This document shows positions 58,961 to 64,000 of a stretch of 64,000 nucleotides of DNA, piece by piece. The stretch comes from Mobula hypostoma (lineage: Eukaryota), in assembly GCF_963921235.1 (NCBI RefSeq), contig NC_086108.1, positions 18,414,001-18,478,000 of the forward strand, written 5' to 3'. Every line of letters begins with the position of its first letter. The stretch's first letter is position 1. Both the position numbers and the translations under genes were made by a program. The notes beneath the pieces were generated by a model that saw nothing but the letters and a program-made list of their open reading frames with translations, searched no databases and was not told the DNA's origin.

Positions 58961-60301
58961 ATAGGAGAACAGAAACACAAGCAGTGGAGAGAACTGAAGG
59001 GGACTTAACCACTGAATGTGGCATGGACTCAGAGGATGAAGAAATGGGAGTATTGTATATGCTACCTTATGCAAACTCCCCAATAACTGATTCCTAAACC
59101 TCCCCACACTGACGCAGATGAAACGGGGGGAGGGGGCTCGCAGTGGACATGCGGGTTTGTGGTTGGATGAATGGAGACTGGGCTCTAAAGTAACTGGGAA
59201 TTAAGCTGAGCTCAGCCGAGTGACAGGGAGATCTGAGTTGCCAAAACGCAAAGTAATGGACAAGGGGAGACCACTCCATGGGACAGGAAAGATCCCAAGG
59301 AGTGTCTGCAGCTGAAGAAGTAGATGAGGTCTGTTCTGCTTTCAGCCTGTTTGGGTTATCTTTGAAGATAAGGGATGCTGAGGAATCCGTGTTATCCAAT
59401 TAGGATAGTGGAACTGGGAGAAGGTTCTAGAGAACACTGAGGGGAGAGGTTTTGTGAGGGACACTAAAGTTGGTCTTGGTTTTTTGTTCGGTGGGAGAAG
59501 AGAGAAGATGCTGGAGGGAACTGGTCGTAGGATTTGATCTGGTGGGAAAACGCAAGTTGATGGAGCCAACGTGCAGAGGTTTACCAAGGATCAGTACACA
59601 TGGATTTTGGAAGACTTGAACTCCAACCTGTGCACATTTGACTTTTTAATTATAATGGGCCTTTTTGTTTTATTTTTCTTTCTTTTCTTTACTAACTATA
59701 TGGTTAAGTTAACACTCATAAATGTACTTCTTTATAATTGTATGCAGTGTGTGATCTGTTATATTTGGTAAGAATGGCTTGATGAGGGGAGACCTGACAG
59801 AAGCTTATAAACTTATGAGAGGATTAGATAGAGTAGACAGTTGGTATCTTTCTTTTTCTAGAGTGGTTGCCAAGGGTAGTGTTGGAAACAGGTACATTAG
59901 TGGTGTTTAAGAATATGCCATGAATAAGACCATAAGACATAGGAGCAGAATTAGGCTATTTGACCCATCAAGTCTGTTTCACCATTTCATCATGGCTGAA
60001 ATTTTCCCTCTCGACCTCATCCTTCCACCTTCTCCCTGTAAACTTGATTAATCAAGGATCTATCAACCTCTGCCTTAAATATACCCAATGATATGGCCTC
60101 CACAGCTGTACATGGCAATGTATTCCACAGATTCACAATTCTCTGGCTAAAGAAATTCCTTCTCATCATTCCAAGTGAATGACCCTCTATTTTGAGGCTG
60201 TGTCTATTTATCCTAAACTTCCCCTTTATAGGAATCATCCTCTTCACATCCACTCTGTCTAGAGCTTTCAATACTCAATGGGTTTCAGTGAGATCTCCCC
60301 T

Positions 60302-63191
60302 CCCATAGAAACCATAGAAACTACAGCACAGAAACAGGCCTATTGGCCCTTCTTGGCTGTGCCGAACCATTTTCTGCCCAGTCCCACTGACCTGCACACG
60401 GACCATATCCCTCCATACACCTCCCATCCATGTATCTCTCCAATTTATTCTTAAATGTTACAAAAGAACCCACATTTACCACCTCGTCTGGCAGCTCATT
60501 CCATACTCCCACCACTCTCTGTGTGAAGAAGCCCCCTCTAATGTTCCCTTTAAACTTTTCCCCCCTCACCCTAAACCCATGTCCTCTGGTTTTTTTCTCC
60601 CCTTGCCTCAGTGGAAAAAGCCTGCTTGCATTCACTCTATCTATACCCATCATAATTTTATATACCTCTATCAAATCTCCCCTCATTCTTCTATGCTCCA
60701 GGGAATAAAATCCCAACCTATTCAACCTTTCTCTGTAACTGAGTTTCTCAAGTTCCGGCAACATCCTTGTAAACCTTCTCTGCACTCTTTCAACCTTATT
60801 TATATCCTTCCTGTAATTTGGTGACCAAAACTGAACACAATACTCCAGATTCGGCCTCACCAATGCCTTATACAGCCTTATCATAACATTCCAGCTCTTA
60901 TACTCAGTACTTTGATTAATAAAGGCCAATGTAACAAAAGCTCTCTTTATGACCCTATCTACCTGTGTCGCCACTTTTAGGGAATTTTGTATCTGTATTC
61001 CCAGATCCCTCTGTTCCACTGCACTCCTCAGTGCCTTACCATTAACCCTGTATGTTCTATGTTGGTTTGTCCTTCCAACGTGCAATACCTCACACTTGTC
61101 AGTATTAAACTCCATCTGCCATTTTTTAGCCCATTTTTCCAGCTGGTCCAAGTCCCTCTGCAGGCTCTGAAAACCTTCTTCACTGTCTACTACACCTCCA
61201 ATCTTTGTATCATCAGCAAATTTGCTGATCCAATTTACCACATTATCATCCAGATCATTGATATAGATGACAAATAACAATGGACCAAGCACTGATCCCT
61301 GTGACACACCACTAGTCACAGGCCTCCACTCAGAGAAGCAATTCTCTACCACCAGTCTCTGGCTTCTTCCATCGAGCCAATGTCTAATCCAATTTACCAC
61401 CTCTCCATGTATACCTAGCGACTGAATTTTCCTAACTAACCTCCCATGTGGGACCTTGTCAAAGGCCTTACTGAAGTCCATGTAGACAATATCCACTGCC
61501 TTCCCTTCATCCACTTTCCTGGTAACCTTCTCGAAAAACTCCAATAGACTGGTGAAATATGACCTACCACGCACAAAGCCATGTTGACTCTCCCTAATAA
61601 GTCCCAGTCTATCCAAATGCTTGTAGATTCTGTCTCTTAGTACTCCCTCCAATAACTTACCTACTACCGACGTTAAACTTACTGGCCTATAATTTCTCGA
61701 ATTACTTTTCGATCCTTTTTTAAACAATGGAACAACATGAGCCACTCTCCAATCCTCCGGCACCTCACCTGTAGACAGCGACATTTTAAATATTTCTGCC
61801 AGGGCCCCTGAAATTTCAACACTAGTCTCCTTCGAGGTCCTAGGGAACACCCTGTCAGGTCCCAGGGATTTATCCACTTTAATTTTCCTCAAGACAGCAA
61901 GGACCTCCTCCTTTTCGATCTATACAGTTTCCATGATCTCAATACTTGTTTCCCTTAATTCCATAGACTTCATGCCAGTTTCCTTAGTAAACACAGACGC
62001 AAAAAACCTATTTAAGATCTCCCCCATTTCCTTTGGTTCCGCACATAGCCGACCATTCTGATCTTCAAGAGGACTAATTTTATCCCTTACAATCCTTTTC
62101 CTCTTAATATACCTGTAAAAGCTCTTTGGATTATCCTTCACTTTGACTACCAAGGCAACCTCATGTCTTCTTTTAGCCCTCCTGATTTCTTTCTTAAGTA
62201 CTTTCTTGCACTTCTTATACTCCTCAAGCACCTTATTTACTCTCTGCTTCTTATACATGTCATACAACTCCCTCTTCTTCTTTATCAGAGTTGTAATATC
62301 CCTTGAGAACCGAGGTTCCTTATTCCTATTCCCCTTGCCTTTAATCCTGACAGGAACATACAAATTCTGCACTCTCAAAATTTCTGCTTTGAAGGCTTCC
62401 CACCTACCGATCACATCCATGCCAGAGAACAACCTGTCCCAATCCACGCTTTTTAGATCCTTTCTCATTTCTTCAAATTTGGCCTTCTTCCAGTTAAGAA
62501 CCTTAACCCTAGGACCAGATCTATCCTTGTCCATGATCAAGTTGAAACTAATGGTGTTATGATCACTGGAACCAAAGTGCTCCCTTATACAGACTTCTGT
62601 CACTTGTCCTAACTCGTTTCCTAACAGGAGATCCAATATTGCCTCCCCTCTAGTTGGTCCCTCTATATATTGATTAGGAAACTTTCCTGAACACATTTTA
62701 CAAACTCTAAACCATCTAGACCCCTAACAGTATGGGAGACCCAATCAATATATGGAAAATTAAAATCCCCTACCACCACAACTTTATGTTTCCTGCAGTT
62801 GCCTGCTATCTCTCTACAGATTTGCACTTCCAATTCTCTTTGACTATTGGGCGGTCTGTAATACAATCCCACTAATGTGGCCATACCTTTCCTGTTTCTC
62901 AGCTCCACCCATAAGGACTCAACAGACAAGCCCTCTAATCTGTCCTGCCTGAGCACTGCTGTAATATTTTCCCTAACAAGCAATGCCACTCCCCCACCTT
63001 TCATTCCTCTGCCTCGATCACATCTGAAACATCGGAACCCTGGAATATTAAGCTGCCAGTCCTGCCCCTCCTGTAGCCAAGTTTCACTAATTGCTACAAC
63101 GTCATAATTCCACGTGTCAATCCACGCCCTCAACTCATCCGCCTTACCCCTAGCATTGAAATATATACGCCTCAGAAGATTTTTACCACCA
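60302..63191 (-). mobile_element. CR1 LINE, near-complete ORF2, young subfamily, inserted in an older CR1 (59920-60301 + 63192-63950)
   Basis: APE 62663-63133, linker 61920-62696, RT 60321-61892; 7-bp TSD CTCCCCT (60295-60301 / 63192-63198). Confidence 0.95.
60321..61892 (-). pseudogene. Uninterrupted 523-codon CR1 reverse transcriptase frame (separated from upstream ORF2 parts)
   Basis: NYRPVSLTS, QHGF, YMDFSKAFDKVPH, QGSVLGP, FADD, RPNLEYC, all in one frame. Confidence 0.9.
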
Positions 63192-64000
63192 CTCCCCTTA
63201 TTCTAAATTCCAATTGTACAGGCTTAGAGCTATCAATCACTCCTTTCATTCCCTGAATCATTCTTGCGAACCTCCTCTGAACCCTCTCCAATCCCAGGTA
63301 TCCTTTTTTAGATAAGGGACTGAAAACTGCTCACAATACTCCAAGTGAGGCTTCACCAATGCATTATAAAGCCTCAACATTACAGCCTTGCTTTTATATT
63401 CTGGTCCTCTCAAAATGGATGTTAATGTTGCATTTGCCTTCCTCACCACAGCCTCAACCTGCAAGTTAATCTTTAGGGAATCCAAGGGTCCCTTTGCACC
63501 TTGGGTTTTTGAATTTTTTACTCATTTAGAAAATAATTCTATGCTTTTGTTCCTCCTACCAAAGTGCATAACCATACATTTCCGACACTGTACTCCATCT
63601 GCCACTTCTTTTCCCAGTCTTCTAATCTAACTCCTTCTGTAGCTTCCCTGCTTCCTCAACACTACCTACCCCTCCAACTATGTTCATATCGTCTGCAAAT
63701 ATGGCCACAAAGCCACCAATTCCATCATCCAAATCATTGACATATAATGTAAAAAGAAGTGGACCCAACACAGGCCCCTATGGAACACCACCAGCATCCA
63801 ACCAGAAAAGGCTCCCTTTGTTCCCACTCTTTGCCTCCTGCCAATCAGCCAATGCTTTATCCATGCTAGAATCTTTCCTGTAATACATGGGCTGTTATCT
63901 TGTTAACTAACCTTGTCAAAGGCCTTCTGAAAATCCAAGTACACAATATCCTCCTTTATCTAAGGCAACACTCACAAACTGCTGGAGGAACTCGGCAGAT

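Larger units (their letters stand above)
41090..59770 (+). mobile_element. Gypsy element B (outer, decayed): 5' LTR 41090-43195, internal 43196-43465 + 54710-59330, partial 3' LTR about 59330-59770
   Basis: TG..CA LTR; tRNA-Pro-type PBS TGGGGGCTCATCTGGGAT 43199-43216; 59330-59770 repeats 41160-41203 + 42587-42965; PR-RT-RH-IN order in the internal part. Confidence 0.85.

Overview
Eukaryotic, non-coding, repeat-dominated window. It is most likely cartilaginous-fish (ray/shark-like) DNA, judged from the dominance of CR1 LINEs, HE1/V-SINE-like SINEs, Rex1/Babar and Penelope fragments; this is an inference from repeat content. No complete host gene is present. Three weak minus-strand, phase-1, first-exon-like candidates lie at about 3.7, 4.4 and 24.7 kb. 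Most of the sequence is transposon-derived: a full-length IR/DR Tc1, many CR1 copies (several from one young subfamily), Rex1/Babar, a Penelope GIY-YIG element and short pseudo-LTR inserts with hammerhead cores, a Hero-type fragment, hAT (Buster/Charlie) elements and MITEs, and a four-level nested Gypsy complex at 41.1-59.8 kb. The most notable signals are: (1) a two-LTR Gypsy element whose RNaseH/integrase region is replaced by intron-less pieces of a sarcomeric myosin heavy-chain rod; (2) a 492-bp non-coding retroposon with a 12-bp TSD whose 5' part matches the HDV-like ribozyme core; (3) a miniature Tf1/sushi-type LTR element with a visible self-priming signature. All family assignments are by eye from motif recall; no database search was run.
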